A stretch of DNA of 60,427 bases from Octopus bimaculoides (taxonomy: Eukaryota), in NCBI RefSeq assembly GCF_001194135.2, contig NC_068985.1, positions 42,013,134 to 42,073,560 on the forward strand, given 5' to 3'. Made by a program: the position numbers and the translations under genes. This document shows, one piece after another, positions 39,290 to 52,089 of the stretch. The first letter of the stretch is position 1. Each line of letters begins with the position of its first letter. The notes beneath the pieces are model-generated. The model had not been told where the DNA came from, searched no databases, and was given only the letters and a program-made list of their open reading frames with translations.

Positions 39290-42200
39290 CATATACATCA
39301 TCATTGTTTAATGATGTCCGTTTTTCATGCTGACATGGGTTGGATGGTTTGATAGGAGTTGGCCAGACTCCAGTTGTCTGTTTTGGCATGATTTCTATGG
39401 CTGGATGCCCTTCCTAACACCAACCACTTTGCAGAGTGTGCTAGGTGCTTTTTATGAGCCACTAGCACATATATACATGTGTATATATTTATGTAGAATG
39501 TATATATATATATATGCAATATACATATAATTATATGACGGATGACTGAGATATGTGGAGCATTACTGTACGTAAGAGTACCTACTCACCACAACAGAAT
39601 TGATATCTTAAAACCAAGCATTGAGTATACTCTGTATACTCTGTAAAGTGGTTGGTGCTAGGAAGTGCATCAAGCTGTTGAAATCAAGCCAAAAGAGACC
39701 ATGGAACCTGCTCTTAAAATGAAATTGTACCAATGAGAAGGATAAAAAAAGGATAAAAACAGTTAGTGACTGAAGAATATTGACAATAATAAAATATGTA
39801 ATACTTGTAGGTACAATTATACATTATATGTAGAAGCAATGGAAGGTGGCAAGCTGACAGAATTATAAGCCTGCTAGGCAAAATTCTTAGTGGCATTTCA
39901 TCCATTTTTATGTTCTGAGTTTAAATTCTGCCAAGTTGACTTTGCTGTTCATCTGCTCAGTATTGATAAAGAAGTACCAGTTGATCACTGGGGTTGATGC
40001 AATTGACTTACCCTTTACTTCAAAGCTGTTGGCCTTGTACTGAAATGTGAAATTATATGTAGAGGCAGTAAGGTTAAGACAATGAATCACTGAAAGTGGG
40101 GTTTTAAATTCAAACATCCACTGCTTTATGTCCTCTCTATCTTCCTAGACTATAACACTCCTATAACATGGTTCAAAGGGTATTAGCTGGAAATTCAGTT
40201 GTTCCAATAACATTGAAAATGTTAGAATTTACAAAAAAGACATTTCATCATGTCCAACTTGAAACAAAGGGATACAAAATAGCTTAAGATGAAATATTAT
40301 TATTATTTTTTTTTATATGTATATAAATTAGTCAGGGAAGATGGGCAGTGTCCATGACTTTTGCAGGCCTTTTTTGATTGGTGAGATTGGTATAGTTGCT
40401 GCCTAGTTTCAACATCTGCAGGAAAAAAACTTATGGGTTAGACCCAAATGTTTACTTGAAACAAGTGTGAAGGCTGCTAAAGGTAACCTAGGCCCAGCCA
40501 CTAAGGGTTGCATGTGAAGTCTACCATTCCTTAATAATGTATTGTATGAAGATAACTGGTATTAAAAAAAAAAAGAAATAGTTTTTCATTTGAATGATGC
40601 CTTCTTGATAGAAAGATAATACCAAAGATGTTCACCTTGTAGTACAGTGGTATTTCTATTTATATGGTATGGTATATCCAGTGATACAATTCTAAACCTA
40701 GTGGTTTAGTATACCTAGTGATATAATTCTATACCTAGTGATACAGTGGTGTGGTACACCCATTATTATAAATTTTATATCTAGTGATACAGTATTGCAG
40801 TATATCCAGATGTATAATCAATGTTCTGTACCCAGTTATAGTCTCAAGTCGAACATGATTGAAGAGACCTATAACCAAATGCAGTCAAAACATAACAGTT
40901 CTTTCTTTTTATTATTCAGCATAATGTATCAAGAACTACTTCGTTTTTGTATCTGGTTTGCAAGATTCTTTTATTTCTTATGAAAAGCTCAAAATGCTTA
41001 AATAAGTGATGATCAGTAGGAGAGATATCAGGGGAATAGGGAAAATGTTGCAAAGTCTCATAATTCAGGCTTTGCAACTTTTGGACCATAACTTGGGGAG
41101 TGTGAGGACATGCATTATCATGGGGCAAAATTGTGTCATCTCTATTCATTAGTCTGGGTTGCTTCTTTTTCAAATCCTCATGCATATAATCAATTTCCTG
41201 GCAATACGATGTTGCTGTTACCGTTTTTCCTTGTTGCAAAAATGAATAATGAATAACTCCCTTTGCAGACCACCATACAGTGACCACTAACTTTTTAGGG
41301 CACAATGGTGGGTTTGGGTAGTGTTTAGGTGACTCTCCTGCATCTAATCACTGTCCTGTTCACAAGAAATAATTTGATGCAAAAATGGTCTTTTTCCAAT
41401 CGAGAAAGCAATAAAGAGCACAATTTTTTTGAATCTTGTTCAGTTGATGTGGAACAAACCTATCTGTTTTCTTGACTTTTCCAATTTTTCACAGGTGTCC
41501 AAAAACAGTGGTGTGAGATGTCTGGAGTTCTGATGAAAGTTTTCGAACTTTTGTTCACAGATTTTGTTCAACCAAAGCATTTAATCCATCATACTGAATA
41601 ACTGATTTTGGCCTACTCCTTGGTTTATTTTCAAGGCTATCATCACCTGAACGAGAGCTTTGGAACCATTTCTGAACAGTTCTGATGTCAACAAAACCAT
41701 TACCAAAGGCCCACTTAATATTCCATAGAGCCTCTGCAACAGAGTGACCTAGAAAATCACTCAACATAGTTTGTTTGTTATCATATTGTTGGGAAAGAAA
41801 AAGAATCAAGATTAAATGTGAGGTGTACATAATAGAGTTTTTAAATGACTGAAATAACTAAATATGCAACATTTCAAGTGAAACAACCTAATATAATGAA
41901 AATAAAATTGCCACCTGTGTATCATACTAAATGTATATATGTTCTTTTAAAGGCATGATGCTATGATTTTTATCTGAGAAAAAAATCTCTTCATAGACAT
42001 GTTGTATAAAAACCACAATATATATTGGAGTGAGGTGAATATCATTGCAACAGTAACTCATAAGAATGACAAGCACATTTTACTCTACTTGGGATTTGTC
42101 AATGCCATGCTTCCATTTTTTACTTAAGTTGAAATTTTAATTTAATGTTGTTTCAGTTGTGTTCACCAAATAATGGAAATACTTATTCCCTAAATAACTG

Positions 42201-44205
42201 CTAACCTGGTGACAAAGTGCATATTATTCCAAGATTGGTATACTGGTAACACGACTAGAATGGTACTTGCTTTATTTATGCTCATATCCTTAACCACATC
42301 CTAAAAGAACTATCCACCTGACAACTCAGTATAATCTATCAATATTCTGGAAATAACAGTAAAATTTCCTTTCAAAAAACCTTCCAGCTTATAAAAGGAT
42401 ACATTAGATAATGATGTCTGGGATATAGTATTCTAGAAGAAAAGATGATATGATGAGAGATGGAATTGACTTCCATACGTTTGCTCTATCAGCACTGGTC
42501 TGGAACGAAACAGCAACTGTGATTTTTGAAACATTTCAGTCACCAACCAATATCCTCTCTGTTTTTCCTACTGCTACTGTAATGGTCATTGTCTGCTGAC
42601 AGTTTCTCATCACCATGTGTGTGTCTCATTCCTGTACATTCTCACTTTTAAAATTCCATCTTACTCTGACTAAATAATGGAAATAGACTTGGTTTTACCA
42701 TAAACATTTATTGGAAACATTGTGAACCATGAAACTATTCTGTTAATTGTAAAAAGATGGAAAATAAAGTAGTTTGTGTAACCCAACAGACACCATGATA
42801 CCCTTCCTCTAGTGAATATTGTCATGAATGGGTAAAAAGTTGCTAAAAGAGGTGTAGAAAGAGCATCTTTATGGTGAGGGAGTAACATCAAGGAATGGAA
42901 AGGACAGAAGATGTTGTAGAACATAGGATTGATTGATGACCAGAAAATAAGTGAGGAGAGAGTTGTGTATTTTGATGTGCGTTTATAACCTATCTAGGTT
43001 ATAGATTTTAAGTGATTGAACCGTATCAATTTTTAATTTATCTATACACACAAGTTGTGTTCCTGTGTGGTCTTAGATATAATAACTAAATGCCAAATAA
43101 AGAACACATAGAAATAAATCGAAAAATAAAAAAAAGAAAATTGACTCAATGTTATTGATAGAAATATGATATGATATTTCAAAAAATTATGTACTGGGAT
43201 CGATTCATTTGATTAAAAGTTCTTCAAGGTGGGGCTCCAGCATGGCCGCAGTCTAATGACTGAAACAAATAAAAGATAGAAGATATATAATAAAATTGTG
43301 GCCATCCATACATACAGGCATGTCCTTTATGGCCATGCTCCCAACTCACTCTTTCAGCTGAGAGGTCTTTGACTTGTGGACTTACAGGTGCTTGTACTAT
43401 GTAAAAAGCACTGATTTTGGTGTCATGTAAAAAGCCCCTGTTTCGGTTTCACAGAAAAAGCACCTGTGCTGGTGCCATGCAAAGGAGCCATGCTGATGCC
43501 ATATATGAAGTACTTGCACTGGTGCCATATATAAAGCACCAGTGGCCGTACTATGTAAAAAGTACCCAGTATACTCTGTAAAGTGGTTGGCATTAGGAAG
43601 GGCATCTAGCCATAGAAATCTTGCCAAAACAGACAATTGGAGCCTTGGCAGCTCTTTGGCTGGCTGACTTCTGTCAGACCGTTCAACCCATGCCAGCATA
43701 GAAAACAGATGCTAAATGATGATGTTGATATGATCATAGATTCAGACATGGCTGTATGTTAAGAAGCTTGTTTTGCAACCATGAGGTTTCAGGTTCAGTC
43801 TCACTACATGGCACCTTGGGTAAGTGTCTTCTACTAAAGCTCCAAGCTGACTAATGCCTTGTGAGTAAATTTGGTTGACAGAAACTAAGTGGAAGCCCAT
43901 TGTATTTATGGCTATTTGTGTGTGTCATCCTCTTACACCACTTGACAACTAGTATTGCTTTGTTTATGTCCATGTAACTTAGTGGTGCAGTGAAAAAGAA
44001 GATAAAATTTAAAAAATCTATAAGTATTTGGTCAATTTGTTCAACTGAAACCCTCCAAGACAGTACCCCAGCATGGTCACAGTCCAGTGACTGAAACAAG
44101 TAAATGGTAAAAGATATAGAATAATAATGGTAAGGGGGGAAAATGAATCATAGATAATAACTTACAAGGCATCACCAACAAACAGAAGAATTTTGCAATC
44201 TCCAT
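29641..44205 (-). CDS. Gene B: inverted paralog of gene A, exons 44166-44205, [exon 2 unresolved], 35622-35873, 34836-34936, 32054-32216, 29641-29804
   Basis: Five open exons with the same phases as gene A: MEIAKFFCLLVMP / GTVWLGKSVSLCTEEIPDIKRPVIWESNNNEYNCDTTCGNATNFAITHAGNISTLWIRNVSWEFSTWIYFDANFNFGVIDLQIN / [34 protein letters not shown] / APLTFTSNRILNCSDGKTFTNSAELILDPPVTGKLKCNFTMDSLFSDKRTIKIK / [54 protein letters not shown]. Flanking intron sequence is also homologous to gene A. Confidence 0.82.
32054..32216 (-). CDS. Gene B exon, second half of Ig-like domain 2
   Basis: ttttatcag|GCA ... AAA T|GTGAAG (weakish donor), 163 nt open. Confidence 0.85.
34836..34936 (-). CDS. Gene B exon, first half of Ig-like domain 2
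   Basis: catattttacag|TG ... AAG|GTAAGT, 101 nt. Confidence 0.92.
35622..35873 (-). CDS. Gene B Ig-like domain 1 exon
   Basis: gttgatttatttatttcag|GA ... AAT G|GTGAGG, 252 nt open. About 39/84 aa identical to gene A exon 3. Confidence 0.9.
36501..37111. other. Assembly gap (others: 12777-13085, 18249-18454, 48663-49008, 58640-59258)
   Basis: N runs. Confidence 1.
37200..38420 (+). mobile_element. Decayed RTE-like LINE endonuclease region
   Basis: ATVISLYIP and KYSIGNVNSNDNLLLTKCIKHSHIVTNILFQHK match the RTE APE C-terminal pattern. Confidence 0.65.
40850..41891 (-). mobile_element. Decayed mariner (SETMAR/Hsmar-like) in gene B intron 1
   Basis: TA|TTAGGTTG terminus at 41891; RTVQKWFQ, LENKPRSRPK, PKKLVVTVWWSAKG, HDNACPH, PYSPDISPTDHHLF. 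Confidence 0.9.
44166..44205 (-). CDS. Gene B coding exon 1 (signal peptide)
   Basis: tttttcag|ATCATGGAGATT ... CCT T|GTAAGT. Same context as gene A exon 1. Confidence 0.85.
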
Positions 44206-47200
44206 GATCTGAAAAATAAATAATTTTCAAAATGTGAGGACCTGAAATATTCCAGTTTGAATATCATAATGACATTTGTTTCTTTTCGTTTTTAATTTCA
44301 AATTTATTCTGTGTGTGTGTGTGTGTCTGTGTGCATATCAGTGTATATTATTTTGGTGATTGTCAAATTGTTAATGTAAACAATAGTGAGCTGTTTCTTG
44401 TAACTTTTACATATAGTCACAGGTATGGCTGTGTGGTTAAGAAGTTGGCTTTGCAACCACGTAGATACAGGTTCAGTTCCACTGTGTGGCATATTGGTCA
44501 ATTGTCTTCTACTAAAACCCTGGGTCAATGAAAGCCTTGTGAGTGAATTTGGTAGACATTGGTAGACAGAAAGTGTGTGGAAGTCCATTGCATATACACA
44601 CGTGTGTGTGTGTGAATACATATATAAAGGGATCGATAGATTAAACTGACAGACAGGCAGATAGACAGATATACATATATATGTATGCATGAATGCATGT
44701 ACGCCAATGACTGGTGTTGGTTTGTTCATGTCCCTGTAACTTGGGAGTATGGCAAAGAAAAGTAAGAGTAAGAGAAGTTAGAGTAAGATGGTTGTATCTA
44801 GTTATTCTACTTCAGTATCTCAAAGACTGGTCTTTGTCTTCAGAGCCAGAAAATACTTCTGCCCTCCACAACTACTATTCCTCTACAAAACTCAGGTGAG
44901 ACCCACATAGACATCCTAGAGGAAGGCTACCAACTGATTAGCACTCTCCAACCACTGGCTGAGAAACATATTGCCTCCTCTCTATACTTTTTCTAACCCT
45001 ACTACAATGGAACATTCTTCTCAGTCCTTGTTGGTCTCACACAACCTTCACTCTCATTTCATTTACCTCTTTTCCTGTTATTGTTCATTTTGTCCTGCTC
45101 TAACTACTACACTGAGTCTTTTCTTTCCAGAGTATTGGCCTTCTGGAACCCTGCTTCCCCTGTTAAGTGAAACATTAATGGCATCAATCTCACTGGTCTT
45201 GGAAGGTTTGCAAAGGCTATGGGCACAACCCCATCTTCCAGACCGAACTGACACATTAAAATATAAAAAGCAACAAAACAATACCAAATCTATCTAACAA
45301 TGTTCTTTATCTAAATGAATGCATGTCCAGTGTATCACCAATTGTAACTTGATCACTATTAGCCACAATGCAAGTTTCATGAGGTCTCTCTAATTGGTCA
45401 TGTGTTCATTCATTGTGATGCAGTTAAGAAGTCCATTCATATACATTATACAGAACAATTCAAAGTGTTACATAAAACTATCAATGTGCTTGATACATGA
45501 AAAGCTGTGAGCACCAGTTGTCTAAAACAAGGACAGTTGGAGAGTTATCTGTTACATGATTCAGTATTATACCCAATCATCACAATTTCAATACTGCAAC
45601 CAACAATCATTTCACTTAAACCAATCATTTCTGTGCTGGTATCTCATCCGACCATTAGTATCTTATTGATTTCATCTTCTTTACCAATAATCCTTTCTAC
45701 TATAGACACAAGGACTGAAATTGGTGGGAGGGGGATCGTCGATTACATCGACCCCATTACTCAACTGATACTTTATTCATCAACCCCGAAAGGATGAAAG
45801 GCAAAGTTGACCTCAGTGGAATTTGAACTCAGAATGTAGTGACGGGCGATATACGCTATGCATTTCACCTGATGTGCTAATGATTCTGCCAGCTCGCTGC
45901 CTTTACCAATAACAATCTTCTTTACCAATAATGAGGAGGATTAGCTTGAGATGATGCTGGTTGGCTCAGTTTGTGCAGGTATTTTATTTTGGTTGAAAGA
46001 TATGTTTATATGTGGATACATTTGCTTTTCAATATTTCCACAGCACCTTATAGATTGCTGCTTACATTTTTATCAGAAGCAGTCTAGAAGAGGGTTAATG
46101 TAGCAACTATTTCATGTTAAAGTAAACCTTAATACTTGTAAGCAACATAAAGCAGAACACATATTTCATGGTCAGTATTCTACTTTCTGCATGATCATAG
46201 TTCATATCATTAAAACTGGGCAACATCATAATCTGGTTACACTATATTTTACTGAACAAGTGATATTCATTTTGATTATTAACCAAATAATGGACAGTTA
46301 TTCATTTCCCTAACCAATGAGTAATTTGTATTTTTTACCATCTCAGGTCTTCATAATCAGAGAAACCAAGTTCTCTCTATACACACATGCAAAGATGTAT
46401 TTCCTTTCTTTTCCTATCTCTGCCACTTTCACTTCTTTTCCCCTGACCTTTCAGCTACTTCTGTCTTTCCCAATTCTCCCATATTCTTCTTCATAGGAGA
46501 CAAAAAGCTGTGCAATGTTCAACAGTTTATATTCCGGCACCTTCAAATATTCTAGCTCTATGTTACACTTCATCCTTTATCTTCAGTCTTACATAACACT
46601 GATTACCAGTGCTGGTACCATATAAAAAGCATCCAGTCCACACTATAAAGTGATTGACTGTAGTCCAATGGTTGAAACAATTAAAAAATAAAAGATACCT
46701 ATACAAGTGTACCTCCACCAACTTCGTATCCTCATAACTTTCAGAAAAATGGATATCTTTTAATGCCATTTCCTGAAAATACTTCTCAAAACATGTAGAT
46801 TATGATTATATCAGAATTTAATATGACCCCCCCCCCAAAAAAAAAAATGAATGTGTGTGTGCAGAATGAAACTTGTAATTTCGAAATTCTAAATATGAAT
46901 GTATTCTCTACCATCTGAAAGGTATTTATTCCTCTATTTTTTTACTTGTTTCAGTCATTTGACTACGGCTATGCCTTAAAGAATTTTAATTGAAGAAATC
47001 GACCCCAGGACGTATTCTTTGTAAACCTGGTACTTATTCTATCTGTCTCTTTTTGCCGAACCACTAAGTTACAGGGACACAAACACACCAGTATAGGTTG
47101 TGAACCAATGGGGTGGGGTGAGGGAGGAACACACACACACACAAATCCACGCACAAAGCTTTGGTCGGCTCGAAGCTATAGTAGAAGACAAAGTGCCACG

Positions 47201-50200
47201 CAGTGAGACTGAACCCGGAACCATGTCTACACCTGTAGAATATTTCATTAAAAAATACCATTCACACACACACACACATGCGTATCGAACATCACCCATA
47301 AATTTTGCCCCAACACCCTATCTTTTCTTTTTCTTTTTGAACTTTAAATTTTCTTGTGTTTTGAATTATACACTTGGCGATTAAGACCCGAAAAGAAAAA
47401 AAAAGAGAATGTTTTGAAAATTTTTGAATTTTGTAACAATCAACCACTTCTACTTTCAGAATATTCAACTACTGCTACTAGTATTACATCAAAATCCCGA
47501 GAGTTTTAAACTCGCCTGTTTCATCTGCGCTTGCGTGGATACATGCACATAAAACAAAAACAACCAAAGGATGCGTAAAAGAGGCCTGCTAGAAATTATA
47601 GCTAACGTCCATCAACTAAAATGCTTGAGTAAGGCGTGTCACTAACGAAGTCAAATCCCTCTTTTATCAGCATTGCAACACCTAACACAGCATCTCAAAA
47701 ACGGGGGAAATTGACTGACAGTTAGACACTTTGATCAATCCGATCGCTGTTCAAGGTACCGCCTACTTTCTGGAAATTGGATAGATGCTTTGCCTGGATA
47801 AAATGCTCGTCTCCATCGTGCTCAAAATCGGTGCCGATTTATGTAGAGGAATAAGGCATCATTACGTAAGCCCACTAGCGTAGATAGAGTGTGTGCCGCC
47901 CACGGCTGTCAATTTGTGCGTGACTGCACATTTTGTCGTCAACATCCTGAAAATGCTTACATTTAATATTTTCCATGAATTTTTCACGGGTCCAGCTAGT
48001 TATGATAAATAGATCTATAATGTACTACTAATAATATAGTAATACTCAGCAAAATTTTTTAGTACTCTCACATTTTCGTGACTATTTTGGTGACTGTTTG
48101 GTTGCCATTGTCAATTTACTGTTCGTGAAAGTAATTTTCGCCATAAATCAATAAAGAAAGAGTTATTAGTAATTAAAGTTTGAAAATTTTGGTAATTTTA
48201 GTCAATCGTAAGCCATAGACACATTCATGTTTTTCTCTTTAAAATTAATACACGAAAGAAAATTAAGATTTATTTACATGAAAGAAAATTACCGGTGACA
48301 TAACACGTTGGGAGGCATAACACATATTGACAACATGTGCTATTTTGTCACGCACAAAATGACAGCTTCCAAATCCTGTTTCCTGACTGGGTGAAAATGA
48401 TCAAACTCTAAATCTCTATAACTTTTTTAAAACATTTTTCTGGAAAAAATGAAATAACTCCAGCAATTCAGTTTGGGCAAGTGTATTATTGTGCCAACGT
48501 CGGGTTAACCAGTGAACATCAAAGGATCAACACCAAGAAGGAAGAAATATTTACATATATTTATTCGTTTACCCGACATGTAGTTAGAGACAGTAGTACT
48601 TGTAATGATAGCGAATTTTTTTTTTTCAATAGTGACAAAAAGGTTGCTGTCTACTAGTAGAGNNNNNNNNNNNNNNNNNNNNNNNNNNNNNNNNNNNNNN
48701 NNNNNNNNNNNNNNNNNNNNNNNNNNNNNNNNNNNNNNNNNNNNNNNNNNNNNNNNNNNNNNNNNNNNNNNNNNNNNNNNNNNNNNNNNNNNNNNNNNNN
48801 NNNNNNNNNNNNNNNNNNNNNNNNNNNNNNNNNNNNNNNNNNNNNNNNNNNNNNNNNNNNNNNNNNNNNNNNNNNNNNNNNNNNNNNNNNNNNNNNNNNN
48901 NNNNNNNNNNNNNNNNNNNNNNNNNNNNNNNNNNNNNNNNNNNNNNNNNNNNNNNNNNNNNNNNNNNNNNNNNNNNNNNNNNNNNNNNNNNNNNNNNNNN
49001 NNNNNNNGGGTGGACCGCCCCTACGCTAGTGTGTAAGCCTCACGATTCCAGAGGACGTGTGCTTGTGTTTACAACGTTGATATATTATTTAATATCACAA
49101 GCTCTGTCGTGAGATGCAATGAATACGCGTTTGTTATTAAATACAGATAGGCACAGGAGTAGCTGTGTGGTAAGAAGCTTGCTTTCCAACAGCATGGTTC
49201 CAGATTCAGTCCTACTGCGTGGCACTTTGGGCAAGCGTCTTCTACTATAGCCTCGGGTCGACCAAAGCTTTGTGAGTGGATTTGGTAGACGGAAACTAAA
49301 AAAGTCCATTGTATGTGTGTGTGTGTGTATACAAATCCACCCCACGACTTACTCTTTGTAAGCCTAGTACTTATTCCATCGGTCTGTTTCGCCGAACGGC
49401 TAAGTTACGAGGAGGTAAACACACCTTGACAACCGATGTTGGCGTGTTTACCTCGCCGAAACTTAGCGGTTCGGCTAAAGAGACTATAGAATAAGTACTA
49501 TGCTTACAAAGAATAAATCGAGGGGTCGATTTGTTCGACCAAAGTCGGTGCTCCAGCATGGCCACAGCCAAATGACTGAAACAAGTAAAAGAATAAAAGA
49601 ATGTCTTTATCATTACATATAATAAACATATTTAGTGTCGCTGTGAATCTGGGACTATATTATAATGTACTGTTGCTCTAATTATGAATAAGAAAACCAA
49701 TATTCCCAACTGTTACACAATGTATCATCCTTTTTACTCTAGTTTGTATTTTTTTTTTTAGAAGTTATGGTGTTGTCGAAGGAAGATTTGGCTGTCATTT
49801 CTAGTAGGCTGAGAGACCACATAGCGGTTTCAACTTCATTATGTACGCTGATCTCCTTGACAACATCGCCAATCGAGGTTTTCGGTTGGTTAAAATTACA
49901 TAACTTTATATGCTTGTAACTTCTTTATTATTAATCTCTTGAAAAAATAAATCAGCATACAAAACTACACCTGAACAAGATATTTTAAAAATAATCTGGC
50001 GAAAATTCGATAAGCTTCAAGTGGTAGGAATAAAATTGAATTATATCTGTAATATATATGTATTATATGTGTAGTAATTAAATTGCATATTACGCATTTG
50101 TTTTGTTATGCGCGAGGTCCTCTGCTCAGTGGTGCTAGAAAAAAAAAGTCTGGGACAGCTGGTGTATGGGGCGTTACCGTTAGCGACTCACTTCATCACG

Positions 50201-50959
50201 TCCTTAATGTTGTAACAACAGAGATGGGACTTACTAAATCCATAGCCGAACGAAATACAGAGCAACAATATTTTAATCCGTTGATATTTTTTTAAACCTG
50301 CAGTTTGAGTGGCATTGTGTGCTGCTGGACAGCTAACAGGATTTTCACGTCTCTTTGAAGTATGCAAGAGAAAACTTGACTGTTCCGGCGCCTCTACCTT
50401 ACATTTATCCGCGACAACACCGTACATGTTTTGTGGGTGAGGCTGGGGGTATTTTAAATTTTTAGATGGAATACCAACTTCCGATGTCTAACAATATGCA
50501 GTGTGCATGTCTTTATTTTTGATTATTTATTTACGGATCTCCTTTTTCTTTTTCCTTTCTCTATTTTCTTACTGTTTACTTTTGTTCATCATTTTCTCAG
50601 ATTTTATGGAACCAGATATGAATGCCATAAGGTAAACAGTTGCAGCTGTTTATCTATGGAGCTGGAAGAACCTCCCATAACTGACGTGCAATACATGGAA
50701 GATCCGCCCACCGCTGATGCTGTGATTATATTTTACAGTTTAGTTAAAAAGTTCCTCCACTTAACAATTTTGTTTCTTTATAACTTTCTTAACAGTGGCT
50801 AAAATTAGTGGGGATGCTGTTTCAGAAAACATAGCTATTTTTATAATATTTTTAAAAACGAAACAAACATATAAAAAGAAAATCTATACATAAACTTGAT
50901 AAAATCATAAACGAAAAAATGATTTTTTACTTATTAATAAGCTGTTACAGTTCGAGGTT

Positions 50960-51830
50960 GATCCATTCATTTAAAAATTAAACCCACTCTTCTTGTTTTA
51001 CTTTTAGCGAAAAGGTTAATAATTTTCTCCTTGATCAATGGATGACTGTCGAGGAAATGTTTCTCCTTTGAAAGCACTGCAAGTGCATTTAGTCTTTCAG
51101 GATTCATAGTGCTCCTTAGAAAAGTTTTTATTCTTTTCAGTGTTGAAAAGAAGAGTCCTGCCTATGATGTAGTCATGGGAATTGTCAAGAGGACAATTTT
51201 ATCTGTTTCGTAATTTCACTAAGAACACCATCTAGATTATTTTCCAAGATAAATTCCAGCAGCTTAATTATTTTGCAATATTCATGCGTATATAGGATCT
51301 ACATGAGAATATTTTCAGTTCCGTTTCAAGCCTTTCTTTGTCAATCATGGGATATGCTTTACTGGTCAGTACTATCTCTTCTGTAGGCAGTCCATTCTTA
51401 AAACTAGTGAAGCTTTTCTTGTTGAACAATTTAACAACTATTAAGTGTTTAGTGGATGAATATCTGTCCATTATATCAACACATATGCAGTCACACACTT
51501 CCTTTGCTTCTGCCATGAGTGCCTTTGAAGGATTCTCACAGTACATCGAGTTACTTATTTCTAAAATCTGTTATATATTCACTGACTTCAAACACACTAA
51601 TTTCTCGAGATTACATTTAGTTCAACAATTATTTCAACATGAAGCATAATCTAACCAAAACATAAAACTATCATCATTCAGGTATTTTAAAATTCCTGTT
51701 GCTTCTGCAATGGTTTGATCTGCATTTGATGTTGAATGAATTTCAGTAAGGCAGTTTTTTAAAGGTTGCAAATTTTCATGAATTCTGCTCACGGTCCGTA
51801 TGTTAAAGTTCCACCTTGTAGAGGATGGAC
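50960..51830 (-). mobile_element. hAT transposase C-terminal remnant (dimerisation domain)
   Basis: ILTIPMTTS*...FSTLKRIKTFLRSTMNPERLNALAVLS; ERLETELKIF upstream. Confidence 0.85.
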
Positions 51831-52089
51831 GTGGAATGCTGACGTCCATATGTGTTATATGTTCATATCTATATGTATGCGTAGGTATACGTATATATGA
51901 ATACGTCGGTATACTTATATATGAATAAGTGAAGGCGCGTGGCTTAGTCGTTAGGGCATTCGGCTCACGATCGTAAGGTCGTGAGTTCAATTCCAGGCGG
52001 CGTATTGTATCCTTGAGCAAGACACTTTATTTCACGTTGCTCCAGTCCACTCAACTGGCAAACATGAGTAGTACCTGTGTTTCAAAGGG

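Noticed and set aside
47560-47960. CpG-rich stretch with LIKEGFDFV on -, reminiscent of a P-element/THAP9 transposase
   Set aside because: The motif is too short and the frame is broken, so it cannot be supported.
50188-50427. 79-aa - strand ORF in CpG-rich DNA next to the hAT remnant
   Set aside because: No recognisable motif or splice pattern. Probably the hAT subterminal region.
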